Assembly (NCBI GenBank): GCA_043747615.1 | Contig: JAYTOU010000077.1 | Coordinates: 32,001-96,000 of the forward strand | DNA: 64,000 nt | Source of the DNA: Myxococcales bacterium | Lineage (GTDB): Bacteria > Myxococcota_A > Polyangia > Polyangiales > Polyangiaceae | Direction: 5' to 3' | Part shown: piece after piece, positions 11,427-20,051 of the stretch | Layout: the number at the start of each line of letters is the position of its first letter | Numbering within the stretch: position 1 is the first letter of the stretch | Translations under genes and position numbers: made by a program | Notes under the pieces: generated by a model | The model's database searches: none | The model's input: the letters and a program-made list of their open reading frames with translations, nothing else | What the model was told of the DNA's origin: nothing

Positions 11427-12713
11427 TTAGGGGACGTAAACCCCAACCGGCCACACATGGTAGGGGTCGCTGCCGCTCGACCCGATCGGCTCGCTCACGA
11501 TCTCGATTTCAGCGACGGAGCCGGAGGCGACGCTGGCATTCGCGGTTACCGTGAGCGTTCCCGTGATCCCGTTGTTCATCGCGGGATACGATTTGCCAGC
11601 GATGTTCGTCATCGCCGGGCTGGTGACGGTCACGGTGAAATCGCTCGCCGCGCAGGACGGTGAGCAGACCGCTCTCGCCACTTGGGCGGCGACGACCCAA
11701 TCGGGAATGCGCGCCGTGGAAAAACCGGTGATCGGGAGCGCCGCGCTGCCACCGGCGGCGACCGGGAACCAACCGCGTCCGCCGACGCCAGCGGGCGGAG
11801 CCGTGTTGTAGTAGGGCTTCGTCGTCGTCGGACCGCACGGATCGCCCTTGCCCGCCGCGAGCGAGTTCATCCAAACGCGCTGATACGTGTAGAGGCCTTC
11901 GGCGATTTGAGTACCTACGCAAAGGTCGCCGACTTCGCTGAGGAGCGTCGCCCATACGGTCGTCGTCGGATCTGACTGGCCCTGGAACGCCCAGCCCGTA
12001 CCCGTGTCGGTGGCCGCTTCGATGATCTCGTGGCTCCCCGCCGTCGTCATCCACTGGAGCTGGCTCAATCCGGGCGGATTCGCGCAGTGCTGGACGAAGC
12101 CCCATCCGTCGCCGAGACCTCCGTACGATTGGTGGTACCCGCCGAACTGGCTACACGTCGGATCGGTTGCTTCGCCCGTGCCCGGCGGCAGGTAGAGGAT
12201 GTACATGTGGTGACCGTCGGCGGCAGCGGCGGGTGTTCCGGAGATCGCGTTCGCGATGTAGTTCTCCATTTCCCCCGAGGTGAGCGACGGCGTTCCTGCG
12301 AGGCTAGCGCCGGTGAACGCGCCCGCCGAGCTCGCGGAGCCTAGACCATAGTCGGCGGCAACGGCCGCGTACCAGCGGCTCGCGACGAGAGCGCTCCCGA
12401 ACCCGGCGTAGGCGGGCGCGTTCGGATCGCCCGGCGCGCTGATGGTCACCAGCTTCATCCCATTGAGGATGCCCGTTCCGGCGTGCGGCACTTGCGGATA
12501 GGCGGGATGGGTCGCCTGGATGAACGGTCCGGCGTCGACGCCGACGTCGCTCTTTGCGTCTTGATCCCCCGCGTCGTCCATCGACGCCTCGTCCGTCGCC
12601 CCGCCGTCGCCCGCAGGAGCCGCGTTGATCACGGTGGTGCTGCACGCGAAGATCGGCAGAACGACGAATGCAGCAAGCCCACAGACGGAAACCAATACGG
12701 GTAAGCGGATCAT
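11427..12713 (-). CDS. Lipoprotein with a Phi-1/EXORDIUM-like HExxE domain
   Basis: Lipobox IFAC, myxobacterial DAG-rich linker, 'GGYH', 'SHEIIEAATD', 'EVGDLC'. Confidence 0.7.
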   Translation of the reverse strand: MIRLPVLVSVCGLAAFVVLPIFACSTTVINAAPAGDGGATDEASMDDAGDQDAKSDVGVDAGPFIQATHPAYPQVPHAGTGILNGMKLVTISAPGDPNAPAYAGFGSALVASRWYAAVAADYGLGSASSAGAFTGASLAGTPSLTSGEMENYIANAISGTPAAAADGHHMYILYLPPGTGEATDPTCSQFGGYHQSYGGLGDGWGFVQHCANPPGLSQLQWMTTAGSHEIIEAATDTGTGWAFQGQSDPTTTVWATLLSEVGDLCVGTQIAEGLYTYQRVWMNSLAAGKGDPCGPTTTKPYYNTAPPAGVGGRGWFPVAAGGSAALPITGFSTARIPDWVVAAQVARAVCSPSCAASDFTVTVTSPAMTNIAGKSYPAMNNGITGTLTVTANASVASGSVAEIEIVSEPIGSSGSDPYHVWPVGVYVP

Positions 12714-12788
12714 GGAAGGCCTAGGTTGAAGCGAAGCCGCGCGGCATTCAACCCCACGCCTCCCAAGAGCAAGCGATAGGTAGGATAG

Positions 12789-13025
12789 CGTCAGGAAAAA
12801 GCGCAGTCTGATACCCTCGATCTCGCAACCCGCGTCACAGGTCGCTACGAGCTCGGTGCGCTGCTCGGTTCCGGAGGATTCGCCTCCGTGTACCCCGCGT
12901 TCGACGCGGCCTCCGGTCGCGATGTCGCGATCAAGATCATTCCCTTTGGCGATGACGGCTCGGCGAGCTTCGACCGCTTTCGGCACGAGGCCCTCGCTCT
13001 CTCGAGGCTGAAATCAAGGCTCATC
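12789..13025 (+). pseudogene. Ser/Thr protein kinase N-lobe remnant
   Basis: GRYELGALLGSGGFASVY...VAIKII...RFRHEALALSRL covers subdomains I-III. No HRD or DFG follows, and there is no canonical start between the in-frame TAG at 12786 and the Gly-rich loop. Confidence 0.8.
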
Positions 13026-13125
13026 GCCGACCTTACAGTCATCGGCGCACGTAACCTGTTCGACGCGACGCTCGCGCTCCTTCGCCGCGCGGGGCGCGAG
13101 ACGGCGCTCGTCACGGGCCAACAGC

Positions 13126-13894
13126 GTGCCGAGCCGTTTCCTGATCTACCCCCACTCCGTCAACGCCGTGCTGGTAGAATGCTACCCCATGGGCAAACCG
13201 CCACGGCGCCTCCGGAGCTCCCGGGTTTATCGCGTGCTGCGCGAGTTCGGCGAGAGCGACGCGCGCGCGCTGCCCGGCGATCTACTGACCTGCGTCGAAT
13301 CGCATTTCGTCGTCCACGAGGGCGCGTGGCAGTGGCAGTTTTGCAGCAGCAGGCCGGGGGCGGGGCTGGTGGTCCTCGACGAAGCCGCGGACGCCCACTC
13401 GCAGGTCCTCGCCGACGTGGGCGCGTACCTCGAGGAGCTGGGGCCGGTGGCACCCTGAGCGGATCGAGCGATGCCCACGCTACCCCGTACCCGGGAGCCT
13501 GATCGTGCCGACCTCGCGCCTTTCATCCGCGACGTTGCGCCGGCACTACGAGGCCATTCTCGACGGGAGATTCGTCGAGCGATACGCCGGCGCGTCCTTC
13601 GACGAATACCTCGCGCTTGTGCGGCTCCATCATCCGAGCATGACGACGAAGTGGGCCGTCGAGGCTGCACGGCGCCACGGTCGTCCGGATCTGGCGGACC
13701 ACCCGATCTCGCGCGACGACCCGCCCGAGCCCCATGAAGACCTGATTCCTCTGCTCGCGGAGCTCGCGCAGCATCACAAGCTGGTGAGGCTCCGCGAGCG
13801 AGAGCCGGTTGATTTGCGCCAGCACATCGACTCCGCGACCCGTGCACTGGAATGCCTGCACGGCGCTTTTCCCCCAGCCGCTTGCCGGCAATGA
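13126..13894 (+). pseudogene. Hypothetical gene probably split by a +1 frameshift near 13454 (ORFs 13126-13458 and 13505-13894)
   Basis: Removing one C from gcaccctgag joins the two ORFs through VAPERIERCPRYPVPGSLIVPTS, with GC-rich third positions. Confidence 0.45.
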
Positions 13895-13959
13895 ATCGGC
13901 TGCGATTGCTGCGCGTCGTGGCCGATCGCGCCTTTCGAGACGAATAACTGGAGTACGCG

Positions 13960-14598
13960 GTGGCGCACGATTCCGTGGGCGTCGAATTCAACGAGCCGCT
14001 CAAGCCGTCGAAGGTCGTATACGAGATCGCCGCCGAGCTCGACGATGCAGACGTGCTGCGAGTGACGAAGGGCAAGACGATCTCGTTCGAGCTGCACCGC
14101 TTGATCGATCCGGCCCATGCTGACGCCATCGCGCATTCCGTGATGGCGGCGGCAAAGGCAGCGAAGCAGCGTGTGAAGTGGGCGGTTGGAGGCTGTTCCG
14201 CGGTGATCACCGCCGCCGACCTAGAGTCTTGCCGATGGGCGAATGGAGTCGTCGCGTCCGCGCCAACTGCGCTCGCCGGGCTCGCAACCCCGGCCGCCCC
14301 GCGCGCTGCGTTGAAGCGAGCCAGGCGAGGGGCGCCTTCATCGTCGATGCCCTCGAAGTGGTTCTCGTCCTGGGAAGGCGAGGTCGACGCGTGCCTCCTC
14401 GCCGCAGCGTACGCAATCATGGATTCGACGGCCCAAAGCCTTGCGGCGCTCGTCGCCTTCAACCAGCTCGACGAGGATCACGGCCGCTTCATCCAATCGA
14501 TCGAAGCGGAGGACATCGTGGCCGAGTTCCAGACGCTGGTCGCAAAGACCAAGCTCGCGGGGAAGCCCGACCTCGCGGACGAATGGCGCGACTGGTGA
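13960..14598 (+). CDS. Hypothetical protein with a DUF5713-like C-terminal motif
   Basis: SD GGAG then GTG. C-terminus FNQLDEDHGRFIQSIEAEDI...DEWRDW. Confidence 0.55.
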   Translation: MAHDSVGVEFNEPLKPSKVVYEIAAELDDADVLRVTKGKTISFELHRLIDPAHADAIAHSVMAAAKAAKQRVKWAVGGCSAVITAADLESCRWANGVVASAPTALAGLATPAAPRAALKRARRGAPSSSMPSKWFSSWEGEVDACLLAAAYAIMDSTAQSLAALVAFNQLDEDHGRFIQSIEAEDIVAEFQTLVAKTKLAGKPDLADEWRDW

Positions 14599-14663
14599 TT
14601 CGAGGGCTCGTGATCGACGACAATTGCATTCGCCGGTCTTCCGGCGGTCGTGGTGCCACCGCA

Positions 14664-14897
14664 TCACGAGGTCGCGAGGTGTGCGAGCGCAGCGGCGGTC
14701 TGAGCGTCAGCAATCGCTGGGGCTTCGTGAATAAGGCTGGCGCTCTCGATGGCTTCCACCATGAATCGCGCAAAGTCCCCTCGGCGCGTCATGTTGCTCT
14801 TCAAAACCGGGTCGCCCACGTGGCGGCTCCAGACGGGCAGACCTTGTTCGGCGCCCTCCTCTGGGTCGCTCCCGCGTACCACCGTCCAGCGCGGCTT
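14664..14897 (-). pseudogene. C-terminal remnant of an NAD(P)-binding (flavin reductase/NmrA-like) oxidoreductase
   Basis: RWTVVRGSD.EEG...TRRGDFARFMVEAIE...IHEAPAI is present. The Rossmann GxxGxxG N-terminus is absent. Confidence 0.65.
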
Positions 14898-14900
14898 TCT

Positions 14901-15215
14901 TCATCGTCTGAAAATAAAACGCAGGAGCGCAAACACCGTAAGTAACCCTGCTGAAATCCAGAAGGTCATTCCGCGCTCAGAGGTGGGCTCAAGGATGTAT
15001 TCCCCTCCCCTCGATATTTCGTTGGCCACGGGCAAGGCAGCGAGCAGTATGAGTCCGGTAAAAAACCTACGGATTGACGGAGAAACGGACCGATTTCTCT
15101 GACGTTGCTTGAAACCCGTGACTGTGGCGCCCAGGATCGTCGCCGCAAGGCACACTGCGACCGCGATCAGGAGAATTTCAGCAAAATAGAAGGTACCGCT
15201 CTCGGTCGAGCTCAC
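14901..15215 (-). CDS. Small low-GC membrane protein (3 TM), start uncertain
   Basis: Three hydrophobic segments. AT-richer codon usage than the flanks. Confidence 0.45.
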   Translation of the reverse strand: MSSTESGTFYFAEILLIAVAVCLAATILGATVTGFKQRQRNRSVSPSIRRFFTGLILLAALPVANEISRGGEYILEPTSERGMTFWISAGLLTVFALLRFIFRR

Positions 15216-15411
15216 TCCACGCGCTCGCGATCGCGGTGGAGGCCGCGGGTGCATGTGCGGAGGCGCCGCCCACGGCGGTGCGGCACCGGCCCACAGCGGC
15301 GCCAGCACTCGAAGGGCGTGCAGACGCGTCGACCTGGCCGATGACTGCGACTATGGACGTCCAATGCGACACGGTGTTGATGCTGGCTCGGGCGACGGCA
15401 CCACTACGCTA

Positions 15412-15977
15412 CTACCGGCCCCAGAGGCAGGCGAGCTCAAGCTCGAGTTCTGTGAATGGCTCCACGCGCACCCGCGCATCATCGCGCCACGTCCCGACAA
15501 GTGACCAACGGCTGCCGTCGAGATTGAACGCCTCGAGCGTTCGGACGATGGGATCGACAAGCCACACATGGGAGACGCGCTCACGCGCGTAGATCGGCAC
15601 CTTCTCGGCGCGATCGGTGGCTGCCGTCGAGGGGGAGAGGACTTCGCAAATCCAGTCTGGAGCGAGCTCAAACGCCGTCGCGTCGGGGAGCTCGGGCATG
15701 CGTTCGCGGCGCCAGCCGGCGAGATCGGGCACGAGTACGTCGCCATGAAGATGAAGCTCGGGTTCATCGAGAATGATCCAACCGCCGGGACCACCTTTGC
15801 CGCGGTCGAAGGGGCCATAAAGCTCGCCGCCGAGTGATGACGACGCTCGCGCGTGCCGTGCCGCGATGCGGGCCTTGGGTTCGTGATGAGCGCGCCGTTG
15901 ATGAGCTCGGCGACCAGGTGTGCGGGGACCGCAACCAAGTCCTCGTAGGTCGCGCATCGCTTGGCGGGATCACCCAT
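15412..15977 (-). pseudogene. Uma2-family PD-(D/E)xK endonuclease inactivated by a 5-bp duplication
   Basis: N-part ATYEDL..VP...VAELING and C-part VPDLAGWRRERMP...APDWICEVLSPST...K..IYA lie in different frames. GTGCC is duplicated at 15853-15862. Confidence 0.9.
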
Positions 15978-16054
15978 GGTGAGAATCTAGCCCCGGGGCG
16001 GAGCGAGCGCACCGCGGATCGGAGCTAAGCTCCCTGCTGCTTGAGGTTTCCCAG

Positions 16055-16082
16055 AGATCGCACAAGGAGAATTATGTAAACT
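16055..16082 (+). other. Putative chromosomal dif site (XerC/XerD dimer-resolution site)
   Basis: AGATCGCACAA-GGAGAA-TTATGTAAACT has the 11-6-11 layout of dif (E. coli GGTGCGCATAA-TGTATA-TTATGTTAAAT). Intergenic, and the only good match I found in the window. Confidence 0.8.
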
Positions 16083-16325
16083 CCAACGAGGCGCCCGCGG
16101 TCACGGCAATGGAAGCATGCACACAGCGCGTGCGCCCGATGGACGTGCGCCGTTGGGTCTGCTCAAATTGGGCGGCTCGTTCGATTTCGCTCGATGAGTT
16201 GAGCACTTCGACGATCAGCTTTCGATAGGCAAGGATTACGTCTCCTAAATCGGAGCGCCTTGCCTGGGCCCTTTGCCTGCACAAACCTCTTGCTCGTCCT
16301 ACTTCTAACTGGGGAGATGCCTCAG

Positions 16326-17165
16326 ATGCAATTTCACAAAGCTGCCCTCTCTGCCCTCTCCATCGTGCTCGTCGGCGTCTCTGCCCACGCCGAGCCGCTT
16401 CGACCTCCGCCGAACGCCCCCGGTCGAACTGCGCCGGGCGTACCGGGTCGTGCGTTTCCGCCCGTGAAGGGGCCGCCGCGTGGGCCTGTGCAGATCGGCC
16501 CAGTGCAGGTCGGCCCCGGTCAAATGGCGCCCGCCCTAGGTTGGCCACATGATGTTCGCTCCGCCGCGGGGACGGCGTGTCACGCGGCCGGTCCGAGCGA
16601 AGTCGTCATCACAGTCGCCAGCGGCGCATGTCTGTCGCTCGTGCCCGGGTTCTACACCACCCTCAACGACGTGAGCCACACCTGGTCCATCACCTCAATA
16701 AGCGTCGGAAGCGCCGTTCGCGCGCGTTCATTTTCGTTGGAGCACTTCAGTCAGGATCTGGACCGCGCCTTCATCATGTATTTTCCCGGAGTAAATCTGC
16801 CCCTCACCGGAGACGCTCAGGGGATGCGTGCGCTCCGTGTCGAGCCAGCCGCTCGCAGCATGATCTGTGACGACCTCCGCGACGGCGAGATCGCGCTCTT
16901 CGAAGGATGGGACGGCGGCGGAGACTGCGTGGTGCTTCCGGCGGGCCAGTACCCCAGCGCCGATACGATGGGCATCGCCAACGACTCCATTTCGGGCGTG
17001 AACAATCAGACCGCGATGAAGGCCGTCTTGTTCTGGAACGCGTCCTTCAACCAGCCGGGCGCCGTGATAAACCCCCATCAGCGCCTCGCGCGTCTGCCCG
17101 AAGGCGGTCATCTCGTGGACACCATCGACAACCAAACGTCGAGCATGATGCTGCAAGCCCCCTAA
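16326..17165 (+). CDS. Secreted beta/gamma-crystallin-domain protein (Protein S-like)
   Basis: Signal peptide ending AHA, Pro-rich linker, Greek-key Ca-binding motifs 'ANDSISG' and 'IDNQTSS', 'IALFEG'. Confidence 0.7.
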   Translation: MQFHKAALSALSIVLVGVSAHAEPLRPPPNAPGRTAPGVPGRAFPPVKGPPRGPVQIGPVQVGPGQMAPALGWPHDVRSAAGTACHAAGPSEVVITVASGACLSLVPGFYTTLNDVSHTWSITSISVGSAVRARSFSLEHFSQDLDRAFIMYFPGVNLPLTGDAQGMRALRVEPAARSMICDDLRDGEIALFEGWDGGGDCVVLPAGQYPSADTMGIANDSISGVNNQTAMKAVLFWNASFNQPGAVINPHQRLARLPEGGHLVDTIDNQTSSMMLQAP

Positions 17166-17217
17166 ACCGAATCGCCTCAGACGAGCTCGCGCACGACGAA
17201 GCTTTGACGGCGCGAAC

Positions 17218-17301
17218 GTCCGCGTACGTGCCCTCGCACACGTAGATCCGAGGCTTCCCCGCGTTCGTCTTTCCCAGCGCCGTCGCGATCGTCTTCACCG
17301 G
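17218..17301 (-). pseudogene. Fragment of a DUF1565-type (PGRS-like myxobacterial) protein
   Basis: PVKTIATALGKTNAGKPRIYVCEGTY matches the 'P.KTI..AL...RIYVC.GTY' motif, with no flanking gene body. Confidence 0.55.
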
Positions 17302-17706
17302 ACAATCGCGGCGCCGCGCTCATCATTCGGACGCTTTGCCGAAGCCGCTCCGCATTTTCGCCGAGCGAGTGCTGCTGCAAGCGGAGAGCTCTCGATGGAG
17401 CACGAGATCCTCTCCTGCATGAACGAGATGTTCGCGAACCTCGCACTCGGAGACGCCGCGGCCGCCGCGATGACGGTCACCGCTCCCTTCTGCTGGCGCG
17501 CGCGGGGGAAATGGAAAAGCTCGCGCAAGACCGAAAATTTCCCTCGTTTTATTGGTTCGAGCTGCTTCGCTCAACCGTCCAAAAAATGCACGATACTGCT
17601 CATCGCGACGCGATGACCGAGACCCTCGAGCGTCTCATTCTCCTTCTCGGTCCACTCAGTCATCACCAACGGTAGATCCCGCGCTCGGAGTGAGTAGACT
17701 CCGCGC

Positions 17707-18861
17707 ATGGCATCACCGGAGCGTTCGGGAATCATCGGCTACGACTCTTTCCACTTCGTGGTGGAAAACCTCGAGCGGTCGCGAAAATTTTACACCAAGA
17801 TGCTCGACTTCAAGGAAGTCGCGCGCGCCGGAAATGAGCTCGTCGAGCGGAGCGGGCAGGAGTCCGTCGTCTTCGGCGCCGGCGACGTGCGGGTGTGCGT
17901 GTCCACCCCGCTCGCTCCCCAATCGAAGGCCGCGCGCTACGGCAAGCGGCATCCCTCCGGCGTCATGAGTCTCAGCTTTCGCGTGGAAAATCTCGCGCAG
18001 ACGGAGGCCTACCTCGACAAGCGTGGCGCCACGTTCTTGAGCGAGCCCCTCGAGCTCAAAGACGCGCACGGCGGCACCTACCGCCAGTTCGAGATCGCGA
18101 CCCCCCTCGGCGAGGTCGCATTTCGCTTCGTGGAGCGCAGCGATTTTCAGCCATTTGCGCCTGGTTTCGTGGACGTCGGCACGGGCAACGCGTCGAAGCC
18201 GGCAAACCTCTTCGGGATCACCGCCATCGATCACATCACCTCGAATGGGCTCACCATGCAGCCGATCGTCGCCTGGTACCGCGACGTGCTCGGCTTCGAG
18301 CCCTTCTGGGAAATCAGCTTCCACACCCACGACGTCGCCAAGGAGCGCGCGTCCGGATCGGGCCTTCGATCGATCGTGATGTGGGATCCGGAGAGCGGTG
18401 TGAAGTTCGCTACGAACGAGCCGTTGCGCCCGTTCTTCCGCGACTCGCAGATCGCAAAGTTCGTGGAAGAGAACGGCGGCAATGGCGTCCAACACATCGC
18501 CTTCGCGGTGAGCAACATCATCACCGCCGTCGAAGAGCTCCAGCGTCGCGGCGTCGAGTTCTTGGCCACGCCCGAGTCGTACTACCGCGATCTCCCGGAG
18601 CGACTCGCCAAGCTTGGGATCACCAACGTGAAAGAGGAGCTCGCCGAGCTCGAGCGCCTGCAGATCCTTCTCGACGGCGCGAACGACAAATACATGCTCC
18701 AGATCTTCATGCGCGAAGCCGCCGCGCTCTACGACGAGTCGCGGGCCGGGCCGTTCTTCTACGAGATCATCCAGCGCGCCGGCGATCCGGGCTTCGGCTA
18801 CGGCAATTTCCGCGCGCTCTTCGAGAGCATCGAGCGCCACCAGAGCGACGCCAAGAAATGA
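17707..18861 (+). CDS. hppD: 4-hydroxyphenylpyruvate dioxygenase
   Basis: IDHI, SGLRSIVM, NEP, SQI, GVQHIA, LQIF, FFYEIIQRAG..GFGYGNFRALFESIER. Confidence 0.97.
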   Translation: MASPERSGIIGYDSFHFVVENLERSRKFYTKMLDFKEVARAGNELVERSGQESVVFGAGDVRVCVSTPLAPQSKAARYGKRHPSGVMSLSFRVENLAQTEAYLDKRGATFLSEPLELKDAHGGTYRQFEIATPLGEVAFRFVERSDFQPFAPGFVDVGTGNASKPANLFGITAIDHITSNGLTMQPIVAWYRDVLGFEPFWEISFHTHDVAKERASGSGLRSIVMWDPESGVKFATNEPLRPFFRDSQIAKFVEENGGNGVQHIAFAVSNIITAVEELQRRGVEFLATPESYYRDLPERLAKLGITNVKEELAELERLQILLDGANDKYMLQIFMREAAALYDESRAGPFFYEIIQRAGDPGFGYGNFRALFESIERHQSDAKK

Positions 18862-18871
18862 ACGAGCCGCG

Positions 18872-20050
18872 ATGATCGATCGTCAGTCCTTCGGGGTTTT
18901 TCCAGCGAAGCCTCACACCGCGTTTCGCGATGACAAAGGCGTGCTCCTCTACGAGGAAATGTTCACCCGCGCCGGCTTCGGAGGCGCCTTCACCTATTTC
19001 TATCACCGGCATCCGATCACCCCGCACAAGCTCGTGGAGACGACGACCCGCGGGTACCTGCCTCCTTCGCCGGACGAGCGGGCGATCCATCCGCTCAAAC
19101 GCCATCTCTATTTGAGCGACAAGATCGCTGCCGGTGGACAGCTCTGGGAGAAGCGCACGCCGATTCTCTTCAACCGCGATCTCACGGTTCTCCTCGCCCG
19201 GCCCACGGAGACGGACGAAGCCTATTTCGCCAACGGCGATGGCGACGAGCTGTGGTTCGTGCAGGAGGGGAGCGCGCGCATCGAGTCACCCTGCGGCTGG
19301 CTCGAGGTGAGCACGCACGACTACGTGTGGATTCCGCGATCCATGGTTCATCGCTGGCATCCGAATGGCCCCATGCGCCTCATGTGCTTCGAAGCCCACG
19401 GAGGCGCGCGAATCCCCGAGCAGTTTCGCAACCCGGTGGGGCAGCTGCAAATGGATGCACCTTACACGCATCGCGATTTCGTGCGCCCCACGGGGCCGAT
19501 TGCCACCCTGGATGCAACGCTCGATGGTCCTACCGATCTGTATGTGAAGAAGGGCGGACGCTTCACCCACTACGTCCTCGACCGCCCACCGATGGACGTC
19601 GTCGGCTGGGACGGCTTCGTCTACCCCTGGGCTTTTGCGATCCGAAAATACCAGCCGAAAACAGGCATGATTCACCTCCCGCCTACGATCCACGCCACCT
19701 TCGCCGGCCCGGGATTCTTGGTGTGCTCGTTCGTTCCCCGACTGACCGATACGCATCCCGACGCCATCCCTTGTCCGTACCCGCACTCGAGCCCGGACTG
19801 CGATGAGGTCATCCTCTACTTGAGCGGCAACTTCACCAGCCGCAAAGGCGTCGGGCCCGGCGCGCTTTCCTTGCATCCTGCAGGCATTCCTCACGGCCCT
19901 CATCCGGGGGCGTACGAAGGGAGCATCGGAAGCACGCGCACCGACGAGCTTGCGGTGATGGTCGACACGTACCTTCCGCTCCAACCGACGGCGCAAGCGG
20001 CAGCCATCGAGGATCCCGGGTACCACGCCTCGTGGAGCCTCGAGGTTTGA
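18872..20050 (+). CDS. hmgA: Homogentisate 1,2-dioxygenase
   Basis: NGDGDEL, DVVGWDG..YPW, HLPPTIH, PYPHS..DCDE, LHPAGIPHGPHPG, ELAVMVDT. Confidence 0.95.
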   Translation: MIDRQSFGVFPAKPHTAFRDDKGVLLYEEMFTRAGFGGAFTYFYHRHPITPHKLVETTTRGYLPPSPDERAIHPLKRHLYLSDKIAAGGQLWEKRTPILFNRDLTVLLARPTETDEAYFANGDGDELWFVQEGSARIESPCGWLEVSTHDYVWIPRSMVHRWHPNGPMRLMCFEAHGGARIPEQFRNPVGQLQMDAPYTHRDFVRPTGPIATLDATLDGPTDLYVKKGGRFTHYVLDRPPMDVVGWDGFVYPWAFAIRKYQPKTGMIHLPPTIHATFAGPGFLVCSFVPRLTDTHPDAIPCPYPHSSPDCDEVILYLSGNFTSRKGVGPGALSLHPAGIPHGPHPGAYEGSIGSTRTDELAVMVDTYLPLQPTAQAAAIEDPGYHASWSLEV

Positions 20051-20051
20051 G

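Noticed and set aside
17395..17616. 73-aa ORF upstream of hppD
   Set aside because: No motif and atypical codon usage in the 3' half. Cannot be supported as a gene.
12724..17620. Integron cassette array or prophage
   Set aside because: No attC-like RYYYAAC...GTTRRRY structures, integrase or phage genes were recognisable.
17707..20050. hppD-hmgA without fahA/maiA as a pyomelanin pathway
   Set aside because: HmgA looks intact and would consume homogentisate. The remaining genes may lie elsewhere.
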